Positions 1-11,463 of a DNA stretch of 20,000 nt are shown in pieces; position 1 is the stretch's first letter; each line of letters starts with the position of its first letter. The position numbers and the translations under genes were made by a program. The notes beneath the pieces were generated by a model. The model was not told the DNA's origin, did not search any database, and worked only from the letters and a program-made list of their open reading frames with translations. Source of the DNA: Perkinsus olseni (lineage: Eukaryota). The stretch is from assembly GCA_013115125.1 (NCBI GenBank), contig JABANN010000016.1, positions 117,444 to 137,443 on the forward strand. The letters run 5' to 3'.

Positions 1-454
1 CGAGGAGCCGGCCGAGGCTGTCGTTGTGGTAGTAGACCGTCCGGGTTCGATCTGTCTTCCCGAGAGTCGCTTTGACGAGTCCGCGGTTAAATTGATGGTT
101 GCTTTGGGCCCGATGACGACGGCAGCGGAGGAATGGTGTTGGGATAGGGGGTTCGAGGTGGTTGATTTTCATGAGGAGCCCGAGCGAGTTCTCGAGGCTT
201 TGAAGATGCACCATTGGTCTAACGCTAAGTTGAAAACTGCGCAGGAGGGAGGCGGAGCGAAGCAGGAGGAGTCGGTGAAGAAGGCCAACGAAGTGAGTAT
301 AGAAGAATTGGACGGTCTGATGAGCGAGATAAAAGCGGCCCACGACTTGGCACTGCAAGGCGGCTCCGACGTAGAAAGGAAGCAAAGGGCTGAGCAGCTG
401 GCTATGAGACTGATGCAGTGTATGGAATCCGACAGTGAGGACGAAGATGCCTGA
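1..454 (+). CDS. AAGAB: Alpha/gamma-adaptin-binding protein p34 (AAGAB/Irc6)-like, 3' part only; gene starts upstream of the window
   Basis: The translation contains EWCWDRGFEVV, PERVLEALKMHHWSNAKLK and a C-terminal EELDGLMSEIK...SDVERKQRAEQLAMRL with an acidic tail. These match the p34 family pattern as I recall it (ERV.EAL.AH.W and ERR..AE..A). Stop TGA at 452-454. Confidence 0.75.
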   Translation, partial: EEPAEAVVVVVDRPGSICLPESRFDESAVKLMVALGPMTTAAEEWCWDRGFEVVDFHEEPERVLEALKMHHWSNAKLKTAQEGGGAKQEESVKKANEVSIEELDGLMSEIKAAHDLALQGGSDVERKQRAEQLAMRLMQCMESDSEDEDA

Positions 455-703
455 CCGTTTCGGATTTGGGAGTCTTGGATTTCCCAGGGGCACCGGGGGT
501 AGCGTCTTATAGATGGTGGAGAGGGCATTTTGAACACAGGTCAGCGTTGCGCAGACATGAACCCGCCGAACGCTGATCCGGTGGCACGCAGCTTCCGTGA
601 AATCTGGGTGTCCGGATCTCAGGCTTTGTGCTTTCCTCTCCCACTGTCGTTGTGGTTGTGGTGGTCCCCTAGCACTTGTACTCGTTAGGTTGCTCTTTTT
701 ATA

Positions 704-3174
704 ATGCAACACGGTCGTCGTAAGCTCTCCCATGATGAGATACCGTCGGAACAGAAGGCGCTGGACAGAGAGAAGGCAGCGAGAGCTTTGAAGCATATGC
801 ATTCTGTGCTAGAGGCTAGGTGGACATGGTAGGTCCTAACCAGCGTGAATAGATCAGGACCTCTGCGAGGGTCTTGATGGCGTGCCGAGCTGCTGTGTGT
901 TGGGCTTTTCGGTCGCCTCCGAGTATTGGCTCTTCGTTCTCAGTAAGGAGTTGACCCCTGAGGTTAACGAGATGACGATGAAGGCTTTGCAGATCAACCC
1001 GGAGGTTGCAACTATTTGGAACTTCCGGTAACGCTCACCGGAGGGCCCTCTCGGGACTTGGCTGCATCTGCCATTTCCAGTCATCACGGAAGATCGTGGG
1101 TGGTTGAAACGATTGACTCCAATTGGCTTCGCTCCGCCTCGGGTACGATTGAGGACTTGATCTCCTCACTCAGGCGTGACCTACTGTCTCGGTTGCCAGC
1201 ATCGACCCGAACGGCTGCCCTGAAGAAGGAGTTGGAGCTGATCAATATGGCCACTAAGCTGTAGGCTGGCCTCTCCCGTGCCTAGTCCCTCTAGAGTTGC
1301 CGCATCCTCTTGGCGTCCTTTGAGCCCAATCTTCCCTGGGTAATGCGCTCTTGCAGAGCCAGTGGAGATGCTTGGGATGTACTGGGGTGTAGACCCTACA
1401 CTCTAGATTGGAACGCTTTAACTGAAAGGCTACCGCTGTACTACTGTAATTTGCGCTACATTGTACGCTGAATCTACGACTTTCACTTCGTCATTTACAC
1501 TAATAAAATAGAATAATCACAGATAGATCATCTTCAAAATTATGAGGGTATCAGCTAAATGTTATTTGTAGCGCTCGGCCAATTGCCATAGTAAACAGGC
1601 CCTGTCCGTTGGTCGGCGGGCCTCGTTGATGATCAGCCATGTGTCAGGATCACCAAGTCCTACTGTGTCTGGCATCAGCGGACGTGGGTGGTTAATGAGC
1701 TTCTCGATCTAGTGTCGTCTGCGCAGGATGCTTCGGAGGGAGGAGGTAGCTTTCGGAGGGAGTTGCGTTTGTTGTGGTATGGGCAAGGATATTCCTTCTG
1801 TTATCAGCCACCAGCGATCGAGCAGAGGGAACCCCAGAGGAGTTGATAGCGAGCGAGCTGGGAGTTATTAACAAGCTGCTCTCCTATGATGGGCGCAACT
1901 TCCATGTTTGGAACTACAGAGCGTAAGTTGGCGGCGGGCCAGTCGACTGTCGTTGAGTGCCCGTAGCGAGCAACCGCCCCTTGCCCTACTAGCTAGCTCT
2001 TAGCTGCGATCGTGAGAATGTGCTCGGGTAATATTCCTGAGGTCACGGCTGGCTGCCTACGGTTGGGTTAGCATGTGTTCGGTTGTCGCATCACTATTGG
2101 AAAGCACCGCTCCTGCGTCGTGCGGTATCTTATGTAATCGTCTTCTCCCTCAGGTTTTTGCTCTCTCACCCGGCCTACAAGGGAGACAAGACGAAGCTTG
2201 ACCGAGAGACCAGTCAGCGACTTATCGATCAGAACTTTAGCAACTACTCAGCGTGGCACCTGCGCAGTACATTGAAGGACTTGGACGTCCACGAAGAGCT
2301 GGAGTTGGTAGGGCTCACGACTGGTGGAGAAAGCCTGGAGATTCTTACGGTGATTGCCTCTGCGTTCGGTCATGAGAAGTAGTGAGGAAATCAGTAGATT
2401 CCTAGCGTTCCTGTGAGCGTCGTTGTTGTCGAGGAGCACTGATATGATTGTGGTCGGGGAAATAAAGTCTGCCTGTACTGAATGGTTCAGCACCGGAGGA
2501 GTACGTGATGCCTTAGGTCCGTCAAGCATACTATACCGAACCTAACGATCAGTCAGTATGGCAGTACCACAACTGGCTCACCATTGCCGCTGAGGGGAAA
2601 CATAAACTTGGCGATGAGTAAGCGCTGTTTCCATCGTGATGATGAGGGATGACCAGTATCGAACCTTTGTCCACGGGGCCTCTCACTATGACAGCCCATT
2701 CACTCATTGACGTCCTCCGGAATTGCCCGAACGCCTTGTGTCCACGCTGAGTTGTGCTCCCATGCTCCTGGTCGAGGGGCCCGTAGGCAAACCCCTGTTT
2801 GATAGATACACTCCCGAGCAAGTTAACATTTTGAAGGAAGAGTTGGTGTCCGTGGAGGAGTTGTTACAAGTCGAACCGGAGGCTAAGTAAGGCTATAACG
2901 GGAGGACACGAGGGCTCCCTCAGTACTCCGCCGCTGAGTGGGGAATCAAGCCTTTAGTATCCTGCCGCAGACTGCGGCGTCATCGTTAAGCAATCCTTCT
3001 CGCTGTCCGATGATGTCCCTCGGTTGTAGGTACGCCCTGTTGACGAAGGCGAAGTTCCTTCGAGCATTGGATAGGAAGGGTTCGAGAGATGAGGTTAGGA
3101 GTATCTTCCTCAAGTTGGAGGAGGTCGACCCTCTCCGGAAAGGATTCTACCAGGACTGGCTCGAAGCCAAATAA
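704..3174 (+). CDS. RABGGTA: Rab geranylgeranyltransferase (GGTase II) alpha subunit, multi-exon
   Basis: Approximate GT-AG exons are 704-819, 945-1027, 1172-1260, 1648-1745, 1808-1922, 2154-2307, 2517-2617, 2806-2887 and 3030-3174. The spliced protein starts MQHGRRK (family MHGR) and carries PPTA repeat motifs NPEVATIWNFRR, KSYCVWHQRTW, DGRNFHVWNYR, NFSNYSAWHLR and YTEPNDQSVWQYHNW. It ends VDPLRKGFYQDW. Confidence 0.93.
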
Positions 3175-3545
3175 TTGACTGAAACAATTCTCCATTTATC
3201 AAAAGAAAACTGCTTGCGTTGCAGTTGGCCACCTGTTCAACCTCGCTCGTTCACTGGGGTCGCATTCCCATCATTCTCTTAACACCACCGACGATCGGCA
3301 GATCATAAATTTCCACATAAATCTTATGTGGAATTTTTTGAAAAAAGTGGAAAAATATTGATCACCTGGAATTGAAATCGGAGGGTATGAGGCCGTTACG
3401 GAATGGTGTAGTGTTGGTTGAACGCGTAACACTAAGCGAGGTGGTGTCACGTTTGTCGGGTTCGAGTGTTCCACGCTTTCTGCTGGTGAATCTCCAATGA
3501 TACTCGAGTCCCCGCTGAGCTGTCGGAGGGGGACAGCGTTGCACA

Positions 3546-5900
3546 ATGAGGCCTGCTAGAGCCAGCGAGTCCTCTTCCACTTCTGCGCGCGTCCTTCGTG
3601 GACAGCTGGTATTAATTATGGGAAAGTGTAGTTTTTCCACTGCCATTGTCCCACCCCTCATGTTGTCGTTGGTCCCCAAGCCCAAGAGTGATATACGGGA
3701 ATTAGCATCCAAGGTCGGTCCTCGCACTCGGCAAGTCTCGCTCATCTGGTTGCTACAGATATCTGCTCGTGTTGCCAAGAAGTCGGGCTCGCCAGTGGTG
3801 GTTCGTAGCGTTGGCGATTTCGTCGCCCTCCACAACACTGACGTTTTCAAGGGACTGAACGTTGGCTTCGTAAGTTGGGTTCGCGGAATAACCCCTCGGT
3901 GTACTTACGGTCGATTTCGTGCAGTTTCTGTCGGTTCGACCGACGAAGACCTATCTTAGGATGCGTGCTTCCAGGACTAGTGCAATTTATTTTTCCGAGC
4001 TTGACATCGCGGATGGCCCGAGCGTTCTGGGCATCCTTTCTAGTGACGGAAGTGCATATTGACCGGGCCCAAACAAATCGCAGATTGGCAGATCATGAGT
4101 TAGCCTCCACTAAGGCCGATGTCGTATCTCAGCGAATATAGGCTCTCCTGGGGTGGTTCGTTTCGCATTCTGGGGTGTAGTTTCTCCCGTACTGAAGCAT
4201 CGGGCATTCCTGTCGATGGGGTTTCTTGGTCATGGCCCTTTTCTCAGATCCCCACGATGGGTTCGCTCCACTCCGGCCACATGAAGCTCATCGCTGCCGC
4301 CCGGCCCAATCACGATGTCCTTGTTTTGTCCATCTTCGTCAACCCCGCTCAGTTTGCCCCAGAGGAGGACTATGACCAGTAGGCCGACCGGGAGTTTGCT
4401 ATTTAACAAACACGATGCTAAAGTTACTCGTTGCTCGGTCGCTCTCCGTAGTGAACTTATACCCAACGAGCCTCGTAGTTCCTTGTAGTACTCTCAATGT
4501 GGTCATCCCCGGATACTCTCATCACTCTCTCTGGCGGAATTGGCTCACTTTCAGATATCCGAGGAACCTCGAGGGCGACCTCAAAAAGTTAGAGACGGAG
4601 TCAGCTGCTGGTGTTGATGTCGTCTTCGCGCCCGAACCAGCTGACATGTACCCGAAGAACCCCCGAGCTGTAGTGGTAGGGAGGGCGGTGGCACATATTC
4701 AATATAGTGGCGCAGGTGTGAAACTCAGGATGTGATAAGCGTGTTGTCTTTCCTCAGCCCAGCGTGACTGTCGAGCCAAACTTCGTCAACGGTCTTTCGG
4801 AAGCAGCATGCAGGCCGACGTTTTTCCGCGGCGTGGCGACAGTTGTTATGAAGCTGTTGAACATTATTCGCCCGAAGAGAGCATACTTCGGACAGAAGGT
4901 ACGGGTGTGGATGTCCTCGAGAAACGCGCGTCGAAGGTCGGATTTTCAGGACGCTATGCAAGTGAGCGTCATCATTTCCATGGTTAAGGACCTGAATGTT
5001 CCAGTGGAGCTTGAGGTGGTGGAAGGAAAGGAAATTATAGTGAATCAGCTTCGCTCCGCTGTAGATTGTGCCAACAGCCCGTGAAGCAGACGGTCTGGCT
5101 TCCAGTAGCCGTAACGTGTACCTCACTTCCGCTATGCGTGAGAAGGCTCCCATTCTCTACAAGTGAGTGACTGGGAGTGAAGGAAGGGAGGAATGTTGTT
5201 TTCGTGTGGCAGGTCGCTGTGTGCTGCCTACGACATGATCAAGTCATCGAAGGAGCCCGTGAAGGCATCGGAGGTCGAAGAGGTGGTCAAAAAGACTTTG
5301 TTGACGGAGCCTATGGTTCTAGGGATCGAGTAGTGCTGGGAGACATATCGGTAGAGTTTGATTTTGAATATATCATAATTATAGTAATATTGGATATGAT
5401 ATCATGCTGACTTCAGGACATTTTTGCCTTGTACACAGTCATGATATTATGCCAAATATTCATCTCATAGGTTGCCTATAATAAGTGGTGGTTACCATCA
5501 ATCGATAGATATCACTTAGTGATGTTGCCATCACTGATGGCCCATCAGATGCTTTTATCGCCTTGTTATAGTATACCTATAATCTTGAGAATACTAATAT
5601 GAGTATATAGACGTCTACTTGGTCATGGCAAGTTCGCACTCGTTCGAATAGCACGACACGTTCCAGCAGTCTCTCCGTATTGGTGAATTACAGGTACATT
5701 AGCGTGGCATCAGTGGAAACTGCACAAGAGGTGGACACCATCCAGTTTGGACCTGATGCGGAGCCGGTAGTAGCATGTGATGAGGCGTGTTGTGGCGATG
5801 GTTGTGCCGTCAGGTCCTCGTTGCCATTGCCGTGAAGTACGGCGGCCCTGATCTGCGGTTGATCGACAATATGTGGATGGACAATCAGCAGCACGCATAA
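3546..5900 (+). CDS. panC: Pantoate--beta-alanine ligase (pantothenate synthetase), multi-exon; start codon uncertain
   Basis: Spliced motifs include [14 protein letters not shown] (HIGH motif), [75 protein letters not shown] and RLIDN. Approximate exons are 3546-3608, 3759-3869, 4248-4378, 4555-4675, 4758-4898, 4951-5016, 5065-5162, 5213-5329, 5694-5766 and 5814-5900 (TAA 5898-5900). Confidence 0.95.
5526..5554 (+). repeat. Dispersed 29-nt palindrome-containing repeat, copy 1 (in the long panC intron)
   Basis: TGCCATCACTGATGGCCCATCAGATGCTT is 27/29 identical to the reverse complement of 13015-13043. Confidence 0.8.
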
Positions 5901-6096
5901 GGCCTTTCGGAGCACAATAAACCAATTCCTTACTTCACCAGAGACGCTGTTTATTAACCTGTGCATTGTTTCTGCACTGAGGTCTGCGGTTGAGTTGGTG
6001 AAATATGACATCGGTGTATTAATAATTTTGGCCCTCCGGAGAAGGGCAGGGTTGTTGTTATTCAGTTGGAAGATACTTGGGCCATACCTTGCTCGA

Positions 6097-6744
6097 ATGC
6101 TCTGGCCGCTGCTCCTCACCGGCGGTGGTCTCGTCGGTCTGAACTATCACGCAGCTAAGGAGCTAGAAGACAAGCAGGGTTCGAACAGGTAGGGCTCGCG
6201 AGGGAAAGATCCGCCGAAATACAAAATAAAGCCAGAACAGTGCGTGTGTCAGTCCAACGCAGTCGCCGGCTTAGACTTGATGCCGTTGTGCTAGCAACTT
6301 AACGCTGGACAGGGCCTACCTTTTTATCGAGCTTTTCATGTCAGTTCGTCCCGGGTCTCCACCTTCGTCCCCACGTTCGCGCTCGGCCTCATTACCGGTG
6401 TCTGGATGGGTGTCACCTTCGGGCCCTGGTTCTCACGAGTAAGAAATCCCGTACGAAGTCAACTTCCGTTATCTCCTCTTCAGACATGGTCGACTGTAGA
6501 CTCCTGGCTGCGGTGGTTACGACTGGCCCCGCCCCTGCCCCCCTCGAGGTCGAATGAGCCCCTTCGTGGCGAAGGACCCTACCCCTACGGACAAGCGTAC
6601 CCGTCACAGCCAGTCCCTCCGGCATACGGCCAGCAGGGCCCGCCGCCGCCCTACGGCCATCCGCCGTCTCACCCGTACGCCGTGGATCCCCACTATCATC
6701 AGCCGCAGATGAGTGGCAGCCAGGCAGCCCCTCGGTACGCGTGA
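6097..6744 (+). CDS. Hypothetical small membrane protein with a Pro/Tyr/Gln-rich C-terminal tail (3 exons)
   Basis: Exons at about 6097-6188, 6344-6438 and 6484-6744 splice in frame through GT-AG introns. The product is MLWPLLLTGGGLVGLNY...FVPTFALGLITGVWMGVTFGPWFSR|TWSTVDSWLRW...PPAYGQQGPPPPYGHPP...RYA*, with two hydrophobic segments. I recognise no family. Confidence 0.6.
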
Positions 6745-6920
6745 TGCATCGACAACAGCTTTGCCGTAATTCCCCTACTGTTAACATAGCCCAAGTATTA
6801 TTAGTGATTGTTTATGTATTTTGTTGCGGAAAATTGTGTTATGAACAGTGGCCCGCTCGAGAAGTGGAAATTCCGACTACTGACGCAACTCGGGGAGACT
6901 TTCGATCAACAAGATGCAAA

Positions 6921-9900
6921 TCATGGAAAAATGCGGTTAACGTCTTCTACCGGACCGCTGGCCTCCACCAGGCTCGCCGTGCTGAGGCATGCCGGAAAGT
7001 CGAGAGGGTCGTGATCGGGCAGGCTGCTGTCCCGGTCTGCGACCATTGCTGTTGACCTGTTCTGAACATTCTCAGTGGCAACATCGGACAGTGGGCTCAC
7101 CGGCTTTCGCTTGGGGTCCCCCTTGTGTTTCCGAGGGGAGGCCTTTAGTAGAGTACTCCGTATCAATGGTAGGGAATTATTATTAACCTGTCAACGCCAC
7201 ATTTGCCTCAGCCTAGTAGCTGCGCCCACCCGTTTAATAAAGGCCGCGTACTGTGCTTGCTGTCTGCTGATGACACCCTTGCCCTGGGCCATGGTTGAGT
7301 TGACGTCGAAGTGGCAGACGATGAGGTCGTTGGGAGGGAGTTGCCGCCAATGCTTGATCAACAGCGGCGACAGGTCCTCCTCCGACAGGTAGCAGGCCGT
7401 GTCCGTGGCGTCGTCCTAGAAGAGACACTCCCACACAGTCGCTTTGAGTAGTGCAGACCTCGGGTTTTCGGTCCATGAGGGACTCCGTGGGGCGAGCGCT
7501 ACGTTGCCTGAAGCGGCCGAGCAGATCTTGAAGCTGGCAAGCTAAATAGTCGCTCTGAGAGTCGCCTGAGCGAGGAGCTTCCCTTAAAGTCGGCGGAGGG
7601 TCGTACGGGAAATGGCGTCCAGTTGGTCTTCCACTACTTGTTCGATACCCAAGGCCTCGAACTCCCGTCGAACAGCAACTGCGAGGGACGAGGATATCTT
7701 TGCGACACGCGAGGTCCTTACGGGAGATGTCCGAGGGTGCGCCGACTAGGAGGTAGCCGATGAGCTCATACGTGGACTCGCAAATGTAGTTATCGTCGGA
7801 GGTTATGAGGGACACCAAAACCTGCTGGCATTTTGCCCGAGGCATGCTTCAACCTAAGATACCTCTAGGAAGCCCTGGTCGCTGCTGAGCCTTCTGATGC
7901 CTTCCTGGCGATTGCAGAGGCACACCACCAAAGCGAGACCCCACCGGACGCCGAAGCGGGACATCATGCCCTGCTCGATGCGGCCCATCATATTCTCCAC
8001 CACATCTGACAGCAGTGAAGCCCCTGAGGGTGCCCATCAGGCCACGGGAGAGCCACTTTCTCGTAGCATGACGGTCTGTGCGTTGTAGCGCATGGAGAGC
8101 CTCTGCAGTGCAGCTAGCGAGTGCATGAACGCTGGGGAGTCGCAGGGGGCCTGCAGCATGTTGCGGACCAGCTGGACGATGACCTGAAAGGCTGGCTTTA
8201 CAAGACGCAAGTTACCCATCGTGAGCCGATTGCCCTCGAGAGAGTAAGCTTAGAAGAACTCGAAGAAAGACTTTATCCTTCACGCCTTAAATTGACTATG
8301 AGCAACAACGGAGGAGCGACCCACGCTCGATTCGGCAGCCATGAACCAGCGCCCGATGGCCTCGCAGGAGATGATCCCTATCATGCACGCTGCGAGATCG
8401 GACACGATGACATCAGGGCTGCAGAGAAGATCGAGGAGGAGAGTGTCGCCTGTTGTCGCCGGATCGCCAAGGGCCTGCGGGGCGGTGGTCAGGCTAGAGG
8501 GCGTCGGCAGAGGGCTACTACCCCCAAGCCAATCAGACCGAAGATGCATGAACGACGCTTGCGGATGGGCTCGTAGGGAGATGCTATGTGGCGGACTATC
8601 GATCGGAGCTGATGGAAAAAGTGATGGTATCTTTAAGCGGAGCGATGCTTACCGCGGGTATCATGGCCTCACTAGAGTCACGCATACTGTGCAGATAATG
8701 AGAAAGCTGCTGAATGTCGATCGGCGGGCACTGGGCTGGGGGGACTGACGATGCTGCTGCCGCTGACTTCCCTTCGTCGAGGCCCTGAAGGGATCGGGTC
8801 TCCAGCGTGTCACCGTAGAGCGTGAAGACAGGACCACCTACTTGGCGGTATCTAAGGTCCCTCCTCCTGGACGACCCTGCGCTGGACGGGGTTCCTGCAG
8901 AGGGGCGGTATCGAGAGCCCGGCCAACTGAACGTACGAGGGACTGGCAACTTGTTGATGGGAAGGTCCTCGAGGCCATCCGCCAGGGGGTGCTGGTATGG
9001 GGGCTCTCGGACTTGGTCGATGGAAGTGGCAGTGCCTGGCCGACAGCTGATCGTTCCGCTTGGGAGGAAGGCGTACCGAATAACAGCGCCTGCGAGCCCG
9101 ACCGCATGCGCTCGAGGTTGTGGTGGGCCTCCATGACCTGAGACACCGTGTGGAGGGGAGACTTTAGACCTCATCAGTGCCACCTTCCTCGGGTCATGGG
9201 CGAACTCTGAGCTCGGGTCGCTTTGTAGAGCTCGGATGCCGATCTCGGCCAGTCGGTACAAGTCGGCTGCCATCTCGGGGTCCGCAGCAGAGGCGTGGGG
9301 GGTCGGTGGATCGTCCTGAGTGGCGCCTTCAGTCGGGCGTGCAGTGGCCGGGCTACCGGAGCATGGCCGTAGATCTCCGCTTCCCTGGCAGCGTTAGTGG
9401 GTGAGAACCCATGGTCCACTTGCTGGACCTTGGCGATTGAGTACAGTAGGGGCACCTGAAGGGCTATGACTGGCATCCTCGCCCAGGACCCTCCAAGTCA
9501 CTCGTCTCCGTCCTGAGGGTATGTTGTTGACGGTCTCTTCGAGCTCAGCACGCACGCCGGCCCTCCAGTTCTCCGTAAAGATCTGAAGTACGGCCTGGTC
9601 GAATCGAAAGTCGTCCTCCTCACATGCTTGGTCAGGTCGTTCGTCTGTGGGGCATCGATATACGGTAAGACGTAGTAGGGCATGAGCTCCGCCAGGCTGT
9701 CGTCGGAGAGTCGCCTCTGGCGTCCAAGGAAGACTGTGTAGGCGCTCCAGTCGTGGTCAGCTTGCGACCTGCTGGCTCAACTATGCTGTGATGGTCGTGA
9801 GGAGTGGTACCGGTTAATCCTCGAGACAGGGCGGTGCCCTTTCCCCTCCAGGCAAGCCTTCGTGAAGAAGTAGACTCGAAGACGAAACTCCAACAGGGAC

Positions 9901-11363
9901 TTCTTGATGCGAACCTGACGAGCCATCGAGGACGCGAGTGCGAGGAAATGCACGGACTGCTGGGGGGATCGAGGACTGCCACAGCTGGAAGAACATTGCT
10001 TGGTCGTCCCTGTCAAAGGCAGCCAGGAGGCCTCGGCCAGCTGGCTCGTCAGATGGCTCGTTCGAGTCACCAATGGCACCTACAAGCTCGATCCGAGGAC
10101 TTCGTGGCGGCTGAAAGTATGCTGAAAAACATCAGACTCGCGGGAGCTGCTTAGATGTCCTCAAGACTTGGCAGGGAAGACAAAGATCGTTTATAAATCT
10201 ACGGAGATCAGAATACTATGATCCATCAACACAAACGCATCCTCAAATGAGAAGGGGGCTCCACGTGGACCTCCTACCTCGCCGAGGAGAGGAAGCTTAA
10301 GCAAGGGACCCTATTACGCTATGTACTAAACGTGAGGTTTTATTGCAAGACACTGTAAAGCTACAGCAAGAGAGTATTTACTAGTAACTAATGTAAGTAA
10401 TGTCTGGAGTGGTATGGGTTTATTATAAATCTGGTGTGTTCTACTCTTCTGTATGGAGCTAAATGCATGCAATAAAATACCATATCTCAGCCAATTCCAG
10501 TCATTCCGAGCTCATTGATGCTCTTGGTAGCCGGAAAATCGCCCGAGTCAAAGACAAAGCCATGGGAGATAGCGGCAGATCACTGTGTAAATTAACTCTG
10601 GGCCGGCAAAAAATCTAGAAATCATTTTTCTCGATGAGAAGCGAGAGCTGTTCTACGAACCTTACACCAATCGAAAGCTCTACAAATTTCTGACCTAATG
10701 AGCTCTAAATCCCCGTGTATTCATACTTTAAATCATTTTGACTGGACTTTATAAGGTATACGCGAATAGCGATCGAGAGTGTACCTGCTAAGGTGGCGCT
10801 CTCCCGCACTCTCAAGGCCTTGCTCTCTCGAGTAAACATGTCAAGAGTCTCTATAAGGCAATGATGGGCCAGGTATCTAGCGGAGCGAAGCACATCCTCC
10901 GTCACAGGGAACGAAGCCTTACTCCTTCACAGCTTCGATGACGATGAGCTCGGTCATCTGGTTGCCGAAATCCAGGGTGGCTGAGGACCGTCAAATCGAC
11001 GGCAAGAGTGAAGCGCCGAGGCTCACTCCAACCGTCCAGCTCCATGGCTTCGCAGGCCTTCTCGGGTTCAAGGGACCCGTCCCCGGCCGGGGGCGGTCCT
11101 TCCTCGTGATGGCCATTGACCGCCGTGCCAACGCACTGCATGCCCTCGTTCTCTGTCTCCGATTGTGCTGACAAACCGATCGTCTCCGGTCCTTGTGAGC
11201 GTCACTCCTCACCAGGCTCGGTCGTTGGCTCGGATGATGGGTTCTTGGCGGCAGCGCTGTTTTCTACTACGCCGTTGGTGACAAGGTTTTCCGTGACACC
11301 ATCGCGATTCTCAGGTGTGGTCGTTCCCTCCACGGCAACGGTGGTCGCAACGTCCTCGCTCAT
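6921..11363 (-). CDS. ARMC9: LisH domain-containing armadillo-repeat protein ARMC9-like (ciliary), many exons, acidic N-terminal extension
   Basis: Manual splicing gives a LisH motif LIVIEAVKE|YLAHHCLIETLDMFTRESK (about 10950-10810), then LLAAFDRDDQAMFFQLWQSSIPPA|VRIKKSLLEFRLRVYF (about 10030-9860), ELMPYYVLPYI (about 9690-9660) and SLAALQRLSMRYNAQTVML (about 8120-8065). These follow the order of conserved ARMC9 blocks as I recall them (KEYL..., LLAAFD.GD...FF.LW, LEF.L..YF, PFYALPFV, LGALQKLSLR...QT.M). The last exon ends at TGA 6921. The start MSEDVATT at 11363 is inferred. Confidence 0.85.
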
Positions 11364-11463
11364 TATGGCAGAGACCGCTGAGGACTAGCATCGGCTATTG
11401 ACAACGCAATCAACGGTGACAGAGAAAGCTTCAGTGAGAAGTAAGTGCCGGGAGACATGAAGG

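Noticed and set aside
556..600. SECIS-like ATGA...AA...TGA
   Set aside because: Spacing and stem geometry do not fit, and I found no Sec-type in-frame TGA in the adjacent gene.
3391..3475. tRNA-like A-box (TGGTGTAGTGTTGG) and B-box (GGTTCGAGT) motifs
   Set aside because: The T-loop has no paired stem and I could not build an acceptor or anticodon arm, so I did not call a tRNA.
3362..3850. Long minus-strand ORFs opposite identified genes (also 169-537, 4725-5153, 5688-6119)
   Set aside because: They are antisense to well-supported genes, have no recognisable motifs, and are expected by chance at this GC content.
6921..10150. Dense overlapping ORFs suggesting a decayed retrotransposon
   Set aside because: There are no RT, integrase or transposase motifs. 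The region resolves into ARMC9 exons, and the + strand ORFs are antisense shadows.
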